Positions 1 through 8,605 of a stretch of 64,000 bases of DNA are shown here, one piece after another. Origin of the DNA: Candidatus Moraniibacteriota bacterium. GTDB lineage: Bacteria; Patescibacteriota; Minisyncoccia; Moranbacterales; UBA1568. Made by a program: the position numbers and the translations under genes. The notes below the pieces were generated by a model. That model was given only the letters and a program-made list of their open reading frames with translations. It was not told the DNA's origin and made no database searches. Position 1 is the stretch's first letter; each line of letters starts with the position of its first letter. Location: assembly GCA_008012175.1 (NCBI GenBank), contig SSEF01000010.1, positions 2,923 through 66,922 of the forward strand, written 5' to 3'.

Positions 1-115
1 CGGCCGAATCAGGTACAGAGAGCAGGAAGGACCATTTTCTTCGGTTGTTTGACCGTGATCCGGCAGCAGCTGTTGCCGAACTCGACACCCTGTTCGAGAA
101 TTCCCATCACTAAAA

Positions 116-142
116 TTAGCACTCACTTGACGAGTCTGCTAA
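116..142 (+). promoter_or_regulatory. Imperfect CIRCE-like inverted repeat (TTAGCACTC-N9-GTCTGCTAA) overlapping a sigma70-like promoter (-35 TTGACG 127-132, -10 TACAAT 150-155) upstream of groES
   Basis: Read directly: first half-site matches CIRCE perfectly, second half has 2 mismatches to GAGTGCTAA; 9-nt spacer; sits 56 nt upstream of the groES ATG. Confidence 0.6.
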
Positions 143-197
143 CCATTCGTACAATGGAGTGGCCACAGTCTCGAGTAATCTCCTAATTTCTAATATT

Positions 198-482
198 ATG
201 GCAAAAATTCGAATCCAACCGCTCGGCGAGAACGTGCTCGTAAAACTCGAACTGCAGGAGAAAAAAACCGCTTCCGGCTTGTTTCTGCCAGAGACGGCAT
301 CTGGCGATCGTGAGCAGCAAGGGACGGTTGTATCGGTCGGATCAGCGAAAGATATCCCTGTAAAAAAAGGCGATACGGTTATTTTTAAGCGCTACGGAGC
401 GAGCGAGGAGCTAAAGATCAACGGGATGAATCATATGCTCTTGAACTATAAGGATATCTTGGCGACTGTTGTATCCTCCTAA
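198..482 (+). CDS. groES: Co-chaperonin GroES (10 kDa chaperonin)
   Basis: MAKIRIQPLGENVLVK...GTVVSVG...GDTVIFKRYG is typical GroES; the ORF track start at 159 is a GTG extension; the ATG at 198 gives a canonical 94-aa GroES. Confidence 0.9.
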   Translation: MAKIRIQPLGENVLVKLELQEKKTASGLFLPETASGDREQQGTVVSVGSAKDIPVKKGDTVIFKRYGASEELKINGMNHMLLNYKDILATVVSS

Positions 483-545
483 GGATAGAGATTCGAGGTG
501 TCTCTGATCCAAATTACATGTGCCATTCTTCGCCGCTCGCCTCTT

Positions 546-1400
546 TTATTCTGACGATGTGGTCGTTGGGAGCTTCTTCGTTTTCCATGATTGGAAACCG
601 CCATTGATGACTCGTACACCGATAAATCCCATATCGAAAAGCCTGGTTCCAGCCTGGAAGCTGTCTGTTTCGGTCGCACCATAGACGAATAGTGAGCCGA
701 TCATCGGTATGAGTGAGCGCTCCTTCTCGATGCGTACGAGAGGAATATTGATGGCGCCAGGGATATGCTCAGATTGAAATTCACCATCACTTCGGACATC
801 GATAAATGTGCTTCGGACAAGCGTCTTCTGAAGCCCGATGACCTCTTCCGGTGATATCGGTATGATCTTCGTCTGATCGATGAATGAGTTCGGATTCGCC
901 TCAGCGATGACGGTGCCGCCCTGAGCAATCCAGTTTCGGATTCCTCCTTCAAGAAAGGCAAAGGTTATTTTTTTAGCTGTAAATGTATCGTGAATATATC
1001 GGAGTTGGTCGTGGGAGGCTTCTTCGTCAAAGACCACGATGACGAATTTTCCTGGAACTGCGGTAAATGATCCAATTTCAGCAGCGTTTGTCCACTCGGA
1101 ATCGAGTAAGTGGTATTTTTCAAAATTGGAGCGGCTGCGGATATCGATAAAATGCAGAGATTCGTTCTTTCGGATGCGATCAAGGATATTCTCTGCGTCA
1201 ATGAAGCGCAGATCAGTGAAAGGGGATTCTGATGCAGATACAGGATGTTCCTGCTGATAATGCTCGTACCAGTTTTTCCCAAACGTTATCAATGTACCGC
1301 CGAGTATGAAACAAATGATAATGAGAAAAATACGGCCTTCCCTGCTGCCGCTGTTCGGTCGCAGTGGTCGCTCCTTGGGCGTAGAGTAGAACTGGCTCAT
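546..1400 (-). CDS. Membrane-anchored tandem rhodanese-domain protein (sulfurtransferase-like)
   Basis: N-terminal TM helix (IFLIIICFILGGTLITF) followed by two rhodanese-like repeats (HFIDIRSRSNFEKYHL... and TFIDVRSDGEFQSEHIPGAINIP...GGFQSW). Confidence 0.6.
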   Translation of the reverse strand: MSQFYSTPKERPLRPNSGSREGRIFLIIICFILGGTLITFGKNWYEHYQQEHPVSASESPFTDLRFIDAENILDRIRKNESLHFIDIRSRSNFEKYHLLDSEWTNAAEIGSFTAVPGKFVIVVFDEEASHDQLRYIHDTFTAKKITFAFLEGGIRNWIAQGGTVIAEANPNSFIDQTKIIPISPEEVIGLQKTLVRSTFIDVRSDGEFQSEHIPGAINIPLVRIEKERSLIPMIGSLFVYGATETDSFQAGTRLFDMGFIGVRVINGGFQSWKTKKLPTTTSSE

Positions 1401-2398
1401 ATAAGGATAGCGCCAATAAAATCGGGGTATCCCTGAAGAAATTCAGTGATGGTAAGAGGGGCTTTCCCTTCGGCCTGGATAATTACAGGAAAAATTACTC
1501 CGGCCCCAGTAACAATGCCTATTTTTTCTCCGATTTCAAGCACGGTCCCAACCGGATGCTGAGTCGCAAGTAATGATTTTTGAATTTCGATCTCATGCAA
1601 TTTTATTCGGATAGCACCGTCTTCATCTCTTCGCCAGTATGTAAAGAGTCCGGGCCACGGATGTAGTCCTCGAAATCGGTTATAAATCTCCGTAGCACTT
1701 GCATTCCAGAAAATACGGCCATCTTCCCGTTCAATAAGCTGGCAAAGGGTAACGCCATCCTCGGTCTGAGGGAGGGTAGTGATAGCCCGGGTAATCCAGA
1801 AAGGAAGTGTTTCTATGAGGAGTGCTGCGCCGAGCTCGGCGAGACGGTCCAGGAGTTCGTTGGCCCGCTCCTCCGGGTTAATAGGTAGTTTTTTTACTGC
1901 AATGATGTCACCTGTGTCCATCCCTTCGTTAAGCTCCATAATAGTGATTCCGGTCTCGGTGTCACCAGCGATGAGCGCATTGGCGACCGGAGAGGCGCCC
2001 CGCCAGCGAGGAAGGATTGAGGCATGAACATTAATGCAGCCGAACCCCGGAAGATCAAGGACGGCCTTCGGCAGGATTCGGCCATAGGCAGCCACGACGA
2101 TTATATCTGGTTTCCAGTCAGAGAGTTTCTTTATAGCATCTTTGTCTAGTCTCTCAGGTTGAAAAACAGGCAATCCATGCTTCATCGCGAGCGCCTTTAC
2201 GGCGGAAGGGGTAAGCTCCTGTTTCCGTCCAGATTTCCGATCAGGCTGAGTGACAACACCAACGATGTTGTATCGTTCAGCGATGAGTGAAGCAAGGGTG
2301 GTTGCAGCGAATTCCGGCGTCCCCATAAAGACAACCGAAACCTGCGGGGCTTTGAAATTCTGGATTGAAGGATCGGAAGTTTTAGAGGGCGTAGACAT
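1397..2398 (-). CDS. fmt: Methionyl-tRNA formyltransferase
   Basis: VVFMGTPEFA...HASILPRWRGASPVANALIAGDTETGITIMELNEGMDTGDII are Fmt hallmarks; the ORF track N-terminal extension (to 2563) overlaps def and is rejected; start may be 2398 or 2344. Confidence 0.85.
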   Translation of the reverse strand: MSTPSKTSDPSIQNFKAPQVSVVFMGTPEFAATTLASLIAERYNIVGVVTQPDRKSGRKQELTPSAVKALAMKHGLPVFQPERLDKDAIKKLSDWKPDIIVVAAYGRILPKAVLDLPGFGCINVHASILPRWRGASPVANALIAGDTETGITIMELNEGMDTGDIIAVKKLPINPEERANELLDRLAELGAALLIETLPFWITRAITTLPQTEDGVTLCQLIEREDGRIFWNASATEIYNRFRGLHPWPGLFTYWRRDEDGAIRIKLHEIEIQKSLLATQHPVGTVLEIGEKIGIVTGAGVIFPVIIQAEGKAPLTITEFLQGYPDFIGAILI

Positions 2399-2873
2399 GT
2401 CTGTTCTTTTGGTTTTTGTAACGGTCGCAGATGAGAACGCCATCGAGATGGTCGAGTTCGTGCTGGAGGCAGATCGCCCACAAGCCGCGGGCTCGGAGTT
2501 TCTGGTCGGCTCCAGTTTCATCGACGTAGCGAACAGTGACCTGCTCCGAACGTTCGATGGCAAAGAATTCTCCAGGGAGACTGAGACAGCCTTCTTCGAA
2601 GAGGATCTTTTCGTCTGAAGCGCTCGTGATCTTCGGATTGATAAAGTTCCGGATCACCCCGTCGATCTCAACCACGCAGATGCGCAGGTTCTTGCCGATT
2701 TGTGGCGCTGCGAGACCAATGCCATCAGCCTTCCGCATCACCTCGAGCATTTTTGGGAGGAGCGCTTGAACTTCTGACTCCAGAGGATCCTTCACAGGTT
2801 CGTTCTTTGCATGGAGGATAGCGTTTTCAGCGCCAGTTAGAATCGGGTATTGAGTCATAGCGAGAAAATTCAT
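2382..2873 (-). CDS. def: Peptide deformylase
   Basis: GIGLAAPQIG, EGCLSLPG, QHELDHLDG motifs; def-fmt operon order is conserved. Confidence 0.9.
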   Translation of the reverse strand: MNFLAMTQYPILTGAENAILHAKNEPVKDPLESEVQALLPKMLEVMRKADGIGLAAPQIGKNLRICVVEIDGVIRNFINPKITSASDEKILFEEGCLSLPGEFFAIERSEQVTVRYVDETGADQKLRARGLWAICLQHELDHLDGVLICDRYKNQKNRHVYAL

Positions 2874-4807
2874 GAGCCGTGGAGTGAAATCGGATTTCGC
2901 GTGATGTGAATGGCTGGATCAAGCTCCTGGAGGCAGGCATGGAGCGCATCAGGAAACGGCTGTGTCCGGGCAATTCGGATAAGCACATGGTAGCGGTTTT
3001 TCCTGCCAAATGGCAAATATTTAGGCAGGACTTCGACTCCGGGAAGATGGAGCCTTTTAAGCGCTGCTTCAGCGGCTTCAGCAACTGCGCTCGAGAACAC
3101 TTCTTTCTTTGGGTGGCATTCTAACTGGATCAGGTCGTAGTAGGGCGGGTAGTGGAGTATCTGCCGTTCCTCGAGGAGTGGAGTGGCTGTCAGGGGAAGC
3201 GGCTGCTCGGCCCAGGTCGTCCAGAATTTCGCCTCTGGCTGGAAGGTTTGCACGATGAGCTGTCCTCCGGTTCTCAGCTTTGCACCGAAACGCCGGAGTT
3301 CACGCCAGAGACGTTCTTCAGATTGAAAATCTGGGTAGAACAGCCCCTGATCCGGTTCGATCATGGCGATGACGGCAAGCGGCGGCAGAGGGAGGCTGTA
3401 TGCAGCTTCATAAGTGGCGACAATAATTGCCCCAGGCGCTGCTTCCCGGAGAGCTTTGAAGAGAGATTCGGTCTCGGCCTTACGCGCTTGGGCATCGCGA
3501 TCGATTCTGACGATATCCTCGCCGAACCCGGCACGTTCGAGATCGCGGACGATCCTCTCTGTTCCGGCGCCGAAACTTTTGAAGTGCATGTGTCCGCACT
3601 CCTTGCAGCGCGGGAAGAGAGACGATCGGTAGCCACAGGAAAGGCAGCGGAAAGAGCCTTCTTTGGATTCTGCGAGGGCAGCCTGGCAATTCGGGCAGCG
3701 GACAGGGACCTGGCACTTGGCGCAGAGTGAGAAGCGGGCGATGCCGCGCTGTTTCACAAGGATGAGTGTTCCTTGCTTCGCTTTCCGCGCATTTCGAACA
3801 AGATCGATGAGTTTCGGCGAGAGTGGCTGATTCATGCTGCCGCGCCGATAATTTTGTCGTAGGTCGATGGTGACGAGCGGCTGCTTTGGACCGAAGGCAA
3901 ATGGTGTCCCGACAATCTTCGCTTCCGGTAGAAAAGCGCTGATTCCTGGGGCGACCGAAAGCCGGAAGAGAGGGATGCGTTCCCTTTGCGCGACTGTCTC
4001 AGCAATTTCGACGGCATCGTAGCGTGGCATCATTTCCCATTGGGTATACGAGAGCTGCTTCTCTGAATCGATGATGACGATTGCTGAGAGGTTCCGGAAT
4101 GGAGCGAAAATCGCCTGTCGCGTTCCGACAAGAATGTCGACCAACGCATCGCCGATCGCTTGGTATGTCTCGTACTGGCTTTTCTCGGTTTCCCGACTCG
4201 TGAGTATTCGGATGTTTGCCTTCGGGAATGTGTCCCTGAGCTTCGCTCTGTAGAGTTCGGCGGAGAGGATTTCAGGAACCAGTATGACGAGAAGCCGCTT
4301 TTCTTTGAGAGCAGACTTTCCAAGTGCGACCAGCCGATCGAAAACGAGCGCGTCGCTTGGTGCGGCCTCCCAGGTATTAGGATGAAACACGTATTTTCCT
4401 CGTTTCGTCCTGGTTGTCAGGCGTCTCTTCCCTGGGTCTTCACCTAAGGTGCCGCCAATCTTTACTGTGCGGGGTTTTCGGAGAATCGGAAAAAAGAGCT
4501 TGAGGATGCTTCCGAGCGGCGCATAGAGCCGATTCGAAAGCTCCCAAGCAAGAGTAATCTGCTCAGACTTGAGGAATCTAGGGAGGATAACGGGGCCAAC
4601 AAACTTCATCCATTCTGGTACCTGTCCAGAAAGAGGGGCGCAATCGAGCGATACGCCTACGAGCATGCGCTTTCCAAAGGATATCGAGACAAGCGATCCG
4701 GGCTCGACAGGCTCATGCGAGGCGTAACTAAAGCGCGGGTCGCGGCGGCCATAGAGGAGCGTGAGAGGGACGATATCGATGCGATAGATCGGAACTGGTT
4801 TTGGCAT
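2870..4807 (-). CDS. priA: Primosomal protein N' (PriA) homolog with a Cys4-Cys4 zinc-binding insert; helicase motifs appear degenerate
   Basis: CAKCQVPVRCPNCQAALAE...FRCLSCGYRS...CKECGH zinc-finger region typical of PriA; N-terminal 3'-DNA-binding-like domain; start placed at MPKPVPIYRIDIV (ORF track extension to 5203 rejected). Walker A/B regions read as LVALGKS and VIIDSEKQLSY instead of GxxGSGKT and DEEH. Confidence 0.75.
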   Translation of the reverse strand: MPKPVPIYRIDIVPLTLLYGRRDPRFSYASHEPVEPGSLVSISFGKRMLVGVSLDCAPLSGQVPEWMKFVGPVILPRFLKSEQITLAWELSNRLYAPLGSILKLFFPILRKPRTVKIGGTLGEDPGKRRLTTRTKRGKYVFHPNTWEAAPSDALVFDRLVALGKSALKEKRLLVILVPEILSAELYRAKLRDTFPKANIRILTSRETEKSQYETYQAIGDALVDILVGTRQAIFAPFRNLSAIVIIDSEKQLSYTQWEMMPRYDAVEIAETVAQRERIPLFRLSVAPGISAFLPEAKIVGTPFAFGPKQPLVTIDLRQNYRRGSMNQPLSPKLIDLVRNARKAKQGTLILVKQRGIARFSLCAKCQVPVRCPNCQAALAESKEGSFRCLSCGYRSSLFPRCKECGHMHFKSFGAGTERIVRDLERAGFGEDIVRIDRDAQARKAETESLFKALREAAPGAIIVATYEAAYSLPLPPLAVIAMIEPDQGLFYPDFQSEERLWRELRRFGAKLRTGGQLIVQTFQPEAKFWTTWAEQPLPLTATPLLEERQILHYPPYYDLIQLECHPKKEVFSSAVAEAAEAALKRLHLPGVEVLPKYLPFGRKNRYHVLIRIARTQPFPDALHACLQELDPAIHITRNPISLHGS

Positions 4808-4939
4808 ATAGGTTCGGTGTTGCTCGTGCCCCTTATATTGTACAGGAGAATGGCCATTACCAAGCCTTATTTTTGGGGAAAATTTTTGGCATAGCGACTT
4901 GTCAGGACGGGATAAATTCAGTATACTCGTCTGACCCAT

Positions 4940-5491
4940 ATGCTGAGTACGCGCCGTCTTTTCGTCGGAATCCCGCTCTCTCTGCGGCTGCAAAAAAGGC
5001 TTTCTTCCGAGATTGCCCATTTCGAACATCTTCCGATCATCCCGACCCGAAACGGGAATTTTCACATCACCCTCATGTTTCTCGGCTTCATCAATGAAGA
5101 AGGGATCCCGGATATCATCGAGGCACTCGAGGATGCGGTGGTTGATATCGAGCCATTCGAGGTAGACCTCTCCGAAATCCGCGCTGAACCGAATGCTGAA
5201 CATCCGACCATGATTTGGTTTGCTGGCGAAGCTTCCGAAGCCCTGGTCGGACTGCGCAATGCCGTGGCGAATGCGCTCGCGTACCTGACGCCGGAATCAA
5301 AAAGCTTTCGTCCGCACGTGACCCTCGCGAAAATTCGTCGCGGGAAATTCGAGGCGCTCGAGTCAAAACCCGAGTTCGATAAAACGCTCCATGTGATCGA
5401 GCCGGTCGATTCCATCGCGCTGTTCGAGTCGACGACGGTCGACGGTAAGCGCGCCTATCTGCCACTCGTAGAATTTCCTCTTGGGACATAA
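4940..5491 (+). CDS. thpR: RNA 2',3'-cyclic phosphodiesterase (2H phosphoesterase, ThpR/LigT family)
   Basis: Two H-x-T-x motifs (HITLMFLG and HVTLAKI) at the expected spacing, ~180 aa. Confidence 0.75.
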   Translation: MLSTRRLFVGIPLSLRLQKRLSSEIAHFEHLPIIPTRNGNFHITLMFLGFINEEGIPDIIEALEDAVVDIEPFEVDLSEIRAEPNAEHPTMIWFAGEASEALVGLRNAVANALAYLTPESKSFRPHVTLAKIRRGKFEALESKPEFDKTLHVIEPVDSIALFESTTVDGKRAYLPLVEFPLGT

Positions 5492-5584
5492 GCATGGAAC
5501 ATGGAGCATGCAACAAAAAACAATACGACCTCCGTATCATTTTTGTTCCTTGTTTTATGATTCATGTTGTATGATCCATGCTCT

Positions 5585-6280
5585 ATGAATATCTTTGGCA
5601 TCGGAATCGACAATCTCTCGCGTGCCGAGGTAGTAGAGCGCATCCGTGTCTGGCTCAATGGGAACGGTTTCCACCGGATTGCGACAGCCGGTCCGGAATT
5701 CCTTCTCCTCGCGACGAAAAACCGGGCCTTTCGGGGTGCGCTCGAAGCTGCCGACCTCCGCGTTGCGGACGGTGTCGGACTCTACCTTCCATTTTTTCTG
5801 GCCGGCGAATCGCTCACGGAACGAGTCACGGGCGCTGATCTCTTGCCTGAAATATTCAAGCTCGCCGAAGCACGGCAGCTGACCATCAGTCTCATGCTCG
5901 ATCCGGGCGGGCTGTCGAGCTATGAGCTCGTAAAAAAAGCGCTCCTCGCGCAGTATCCTGACCTGAGTGTGGCGAAATTCGCACCCGAATATCTGGCTGG
6001 ATCCGCGCCGATCCCGTATCACATCGTCTTCTGCAATTATGGCGCTCCGCTCCAAGAGATCATATTGGCTGGTCTCCGGGAAAAACCGGGGAGTATCCGG
6101 CTTGCGATGGGTGTCGGCGGTGCCTTCGATTTTCTGACCGGCCGGATTCCACGGGCCCCGAAGTGGCTCCGGTCTCTGGGCCTTGAGTGGGTGTGGCGCC
6201 TGTATCAGCAGCCGAAGCGCTGGCGTCGCATCTGGAGCGCGGTAGTCGTGTTTCCCTGGAAGGTCTTGAGCCAGAAATAG
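5585..6280 (+). CDS. WecB/TagA/CpsF-family glycosyltransferase (N-acetylmannosaminyltransferase-like)
   Basis: IFGIGIDNLS...YGAPLQEIILAGL...LAMGVGGAFDFLTGRIPRAPKWLR...GLEWVWRL is the WecG/TagA signature. Confidence 0.8.
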   Translation: MNIFGIGIDNLSRAEVVERIRVWLNGNGFHRIATAGPEFLLLATKNRAFRGALEAADLRVADGVGLYLPFFLAGESLTERVTGADLLPEIFKLAEARQLTISLMLDPGGLSSYELVKKALLAQYPDLSVAKFAPEYLAGSAPIPYHIVFCNYGAPLQEIILAGLREKPGSIRLAMGVGGAFDFLTGRIPRAPKWLRSLGLEWVWRLYQQPKRWRRIWSAVVVFPWKVLSQK

Positions 6281-6302
6281 AAGAGGTTGGCTAAAAATTC
6301 AA

Positions 6303-6340
6303 AAGCCGCACGTTGAGTGGTTACTCGGTGTGCGGCTTTC
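6303..6340. terminator. Bidirectional intrinsic terminator hairpin (AAGCCGCAC...GTGCGGCTT) between convergent genes
   Basis: 9-bp GC-rich stem flanked by an A-run on the left and a T-rich tract on the right; a second small hairpin (GCTGACTTG..CAAGTCAGC) lies at 6354-6377. Confidence 0.6.
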
Positions 6341-6367
6341 CTTATAGGCGACTGCTGACTTGCGACT

Positions 6368-6850
6368 TCAAGTCAGCGATTGGAAGAGCGATCCTGTCGC
6401 TTTCCAGATGCCGCCCAGATTCACTTGGCAGACGCGGCGGGTACTGGTACCCCATTCGTAGGTGTTGTAGAAGCCTTCGGTGGGATTGATGCCGAGATGC
6501 CTGACTTCTTCGATTGATAGAGGCTGCAACTGCCAGAAGGGCCCTCCAGTCAGTTCGATACGACCGTACATCGGTCCTGAGGCCTGAATCATGCGGTGGG
6601 TAGCCTTCAGCGTGTCGAATTTTTCGGTGAATCCAACCTGTCCACACACGGTGTAGTCAATTCGGTAGCCGATCTTGGCATCCCCATATGACTGGTAATC
6701 GGCATGACGCGTGAATTCGCGCTTGAAGATGTGACTGTCGCCCTGTACCGGGTGATTGAAGTCGTGGATGGCCACGGCGCCAAGCCACAGGATTGCGCTG
6801 AGCAGGCCGAAGGTGAGGAACGTGACGACGTTCGCGATACGGTTGAGCAT
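6368..6850 (-). CDS. Hypothetical secreted/membrane-anchored protein
   Basis: N-terminal hydrophobic segment (VVTFLTFGLLSAILWLGAVAI); no recognisable catalytic motif. Confidence 0.5.
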   Translation of the reverse strand: MLNRIANVVTFLTFGLLSAILWLGAVAIHDFNHPVQGDSHIFKREFTRHADYQSYGDAKIGYRIDYTVCGQVGFTEKFDTLKATHRMIQASGPMYGRIELTGGPFWQLQPLSIEEVRHLGINPTEGFYNTYEWGTSTRRVCQVNLGGIWKATGSLFQSLT

Positions 6851-6987
6851 CTGAGTCTCCTAATGAATGGCCGAAATGGCCGGGGTGAAAGAACGTATTC
6901 GACACGGTGTGCCGAAGCAGTATATTAGCATATTTATACGTAAAAGTCAATGTAGAAAAAAGCTTTAAGAAAGGGTATAATCGGGCT

Positions 6988-8553
6988 ATGAAAGAGCCCG
7001 AACACAAGCCTGTCCGGGTGCGGTATGCACCCTCGCCGACCGGTCTCCAGCATATCGGGGGACTCCGAACGGCCCTCTACAACTGTCTCTATGCGCGCAA
7101 GCTAAGCGGGCAATTTATCTTGCGCATCGAGGATACGGATCAGAAGCGGTTCGTCGAGGGGGCGCTCGAGAACACGCTCGCTTTTCTCCGCGATTTCGGT
7201 CTCCATTATGGCGAGGGACCGATACTCCTTTCTGATAAGGATACAGAAAATGATTCTGTCGGTATGCTCTCGAGTCGCTATCCAGGTGTCTATGAGCTTG
7301 GCGACAAGGCACCGTATATCCAGTCCGAGCGGCTCGACCTCTATCAGAAATATGCTAACGAGCTCGTAGCAAAGGGCTCAGCCTACCACTGTTTTTGCAC
7401 TGAAGAGCGGCTCACTGCGCTCCGTGAACGGCAGGAGGGGGCAAAGCTCGCACCGCGCTATGATCGCGAGTGCCTGAAGTTGCCGGCGGCCGAAGTGAAA
7501 GAGCGCCGGTCGCATGGCGAGCCGAGCGTGATCCGCTTCAAGATCCCGGAACAGGGAAAGTTTACTGTGACCGATATCCTGCGCGGAGCCATCGATGCCG
7601 ATACCGATGTGATTGACGATTTCGTTCTCATGAAGTCGGACGGCTATCCGACCTACCATCTCGCCAATATCATCGATGACCACCTCATGGAAATCACCCA
7701 TGTCATGCGTGCGGTCGAGTGGCTGCCGAGCTTGCCGAAGCATATCCTACTGTACCAGGCGTTCGGTTGGGAGGCGCCGCAGTTTGCCCACCTCTCCATC
7801 ATCCTCGGGAAAGATGGTAAGAAAAAACTCTCCAAACGCGAGGGTGATGTATCGGTAGATTCCTTTGTTGCGGCAGGATATCTCCGCGAAGCGCTCCTGA
7901 ATTTCGTTGCGCTTCTTGGCTGGAATCCGGGGAATGGCAGTACGCAGGAGATCTTCACGCTCGATGAGTTGACGAAAGCATTTTCACTCGAGCATCTGAA
8001 CAAAGCCGGCGCCGTCTTCGACCGGGCCAAACTCGACTGGATGAATCATGAGTACATCGTCCGGAAATCCGATACCGAAGTGCTTGACCTCATCAAGTCC
8101 GGTAAATTCCTCGACCAAAAAGGCTGGTATGCCAAAGCGCCGGAAAGCTACAAGGCTGAGACGTATCTCCTAAAGGTCCTGGCCATCGAGAAAGAGCGCC
8201 TGAAGACGCTTGCTGCTTTCGGCGAAGAGAACCAGTTTCTCTTCGTTGACCCGATCGAGTATCCGAAAGAGATGCTTGCCTGGAAGGGGAATGCTCCGGA
8301 GATGACACGTGCCGCACTCGAACAGGCGCTCATACTTGCTGAAGGTCTCACGCCGATAGACTGGGAGAATCGTGCGCTCCTCGGGGAAAAATTCCTTGCG
8401 GCAGCAGGGGAGAAGCGCGGGGATTTCCTCTGGCCGCTCCGCGTTGCCCTCTCCGGTCTCGAGCGTTCCCCTTCGCCGATGGATATACTCTGGGTACTTG
8501 GCCGCGAACGTTCGGTCGCGCGGATCCGGGCAGCGCTCGAAAAGCTCATCTAA
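6988..8553 (+). CDS. gltX: Glutamate--tRNA ligase
   Basis: VRVRYAPSPTGLQHIGGLRTAL (HIGH-type motif), KLSKR (KMSKS-type motif), class I Glx-RS architecture; start placed at MKEPEHKP, ORF track upstream extension rejected. Confidence 0.9.
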   Translation: MKEPEHKPVRVRYAPSPTGLQHIGGLRTALYNCLYARKLSGQFILRIEDTDQKRFVEGALENTLAFLRDFGLHYGEGPILLSDKDTENDSVGMLSSRYPGVYELGDKAPYIQSERLDLYQKYANELVAKGSAYHCFCTEERLTALRERQEGAKLAPRYDRECLKLPAAEVKERRSHGEPSVIRFKIPEQGKFTVTDILRGAIDADTDVIDDFVLMKSDGYPTYHLANIIDDHLMEITHVMRAVEWLPSLPKHILLYQAFGWEAPQFAHLSIILGKDGKKKLSKREGDVSVDSFVAAGYLREALLNFVALLGWNPGNGSTQEIFTLDELTKAFSLEHLNKAGAVFDRAKLDWMNHEYIVRKSDTEVLDLIKSGKFLDQKGWYAKAPESYKAETYLLKVLAIEKERLKTLAAFGEENQFLFVDPIEYPKEMLAWKGNAPEMTRAALEQALILAEGLTPIDWENRALLGEKFLAAAGEKRGDFLWPLRVALSGLERSPSPMDILWVLGRERSVARIRAALEKLI

Positions 8554-8605
8554 CCCCCCGGCTATCTATCTTGTGTGGCAGTTGAGAGTCGAAACAAAAA
8601 TCTTT

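Noticed and set aside
2399-2563. N-terminal extension of fmt overlapping def
   Set aside because: Fmt homology starts near VVFMGTPEF; the extension is Ser/Thr-rich and lies within def.
4808-5203. N-terminal 132-aa extension of the priA ORF
   Set aside because: The extension has no similarity to PriA and overlaps the divergent thpR promoter region; PriA homology begins at MPKPVPIYRIDIV.
8372-8605. Upstream extension of the M23 peptidase ORF overlapping the gltX 3' end
   Set aside because: Low-complexity Ser/Arg-rich translation inside gltX; a good start (MRQVKKRR, then signal peptide) exists at 8606 just after the gltX stop.
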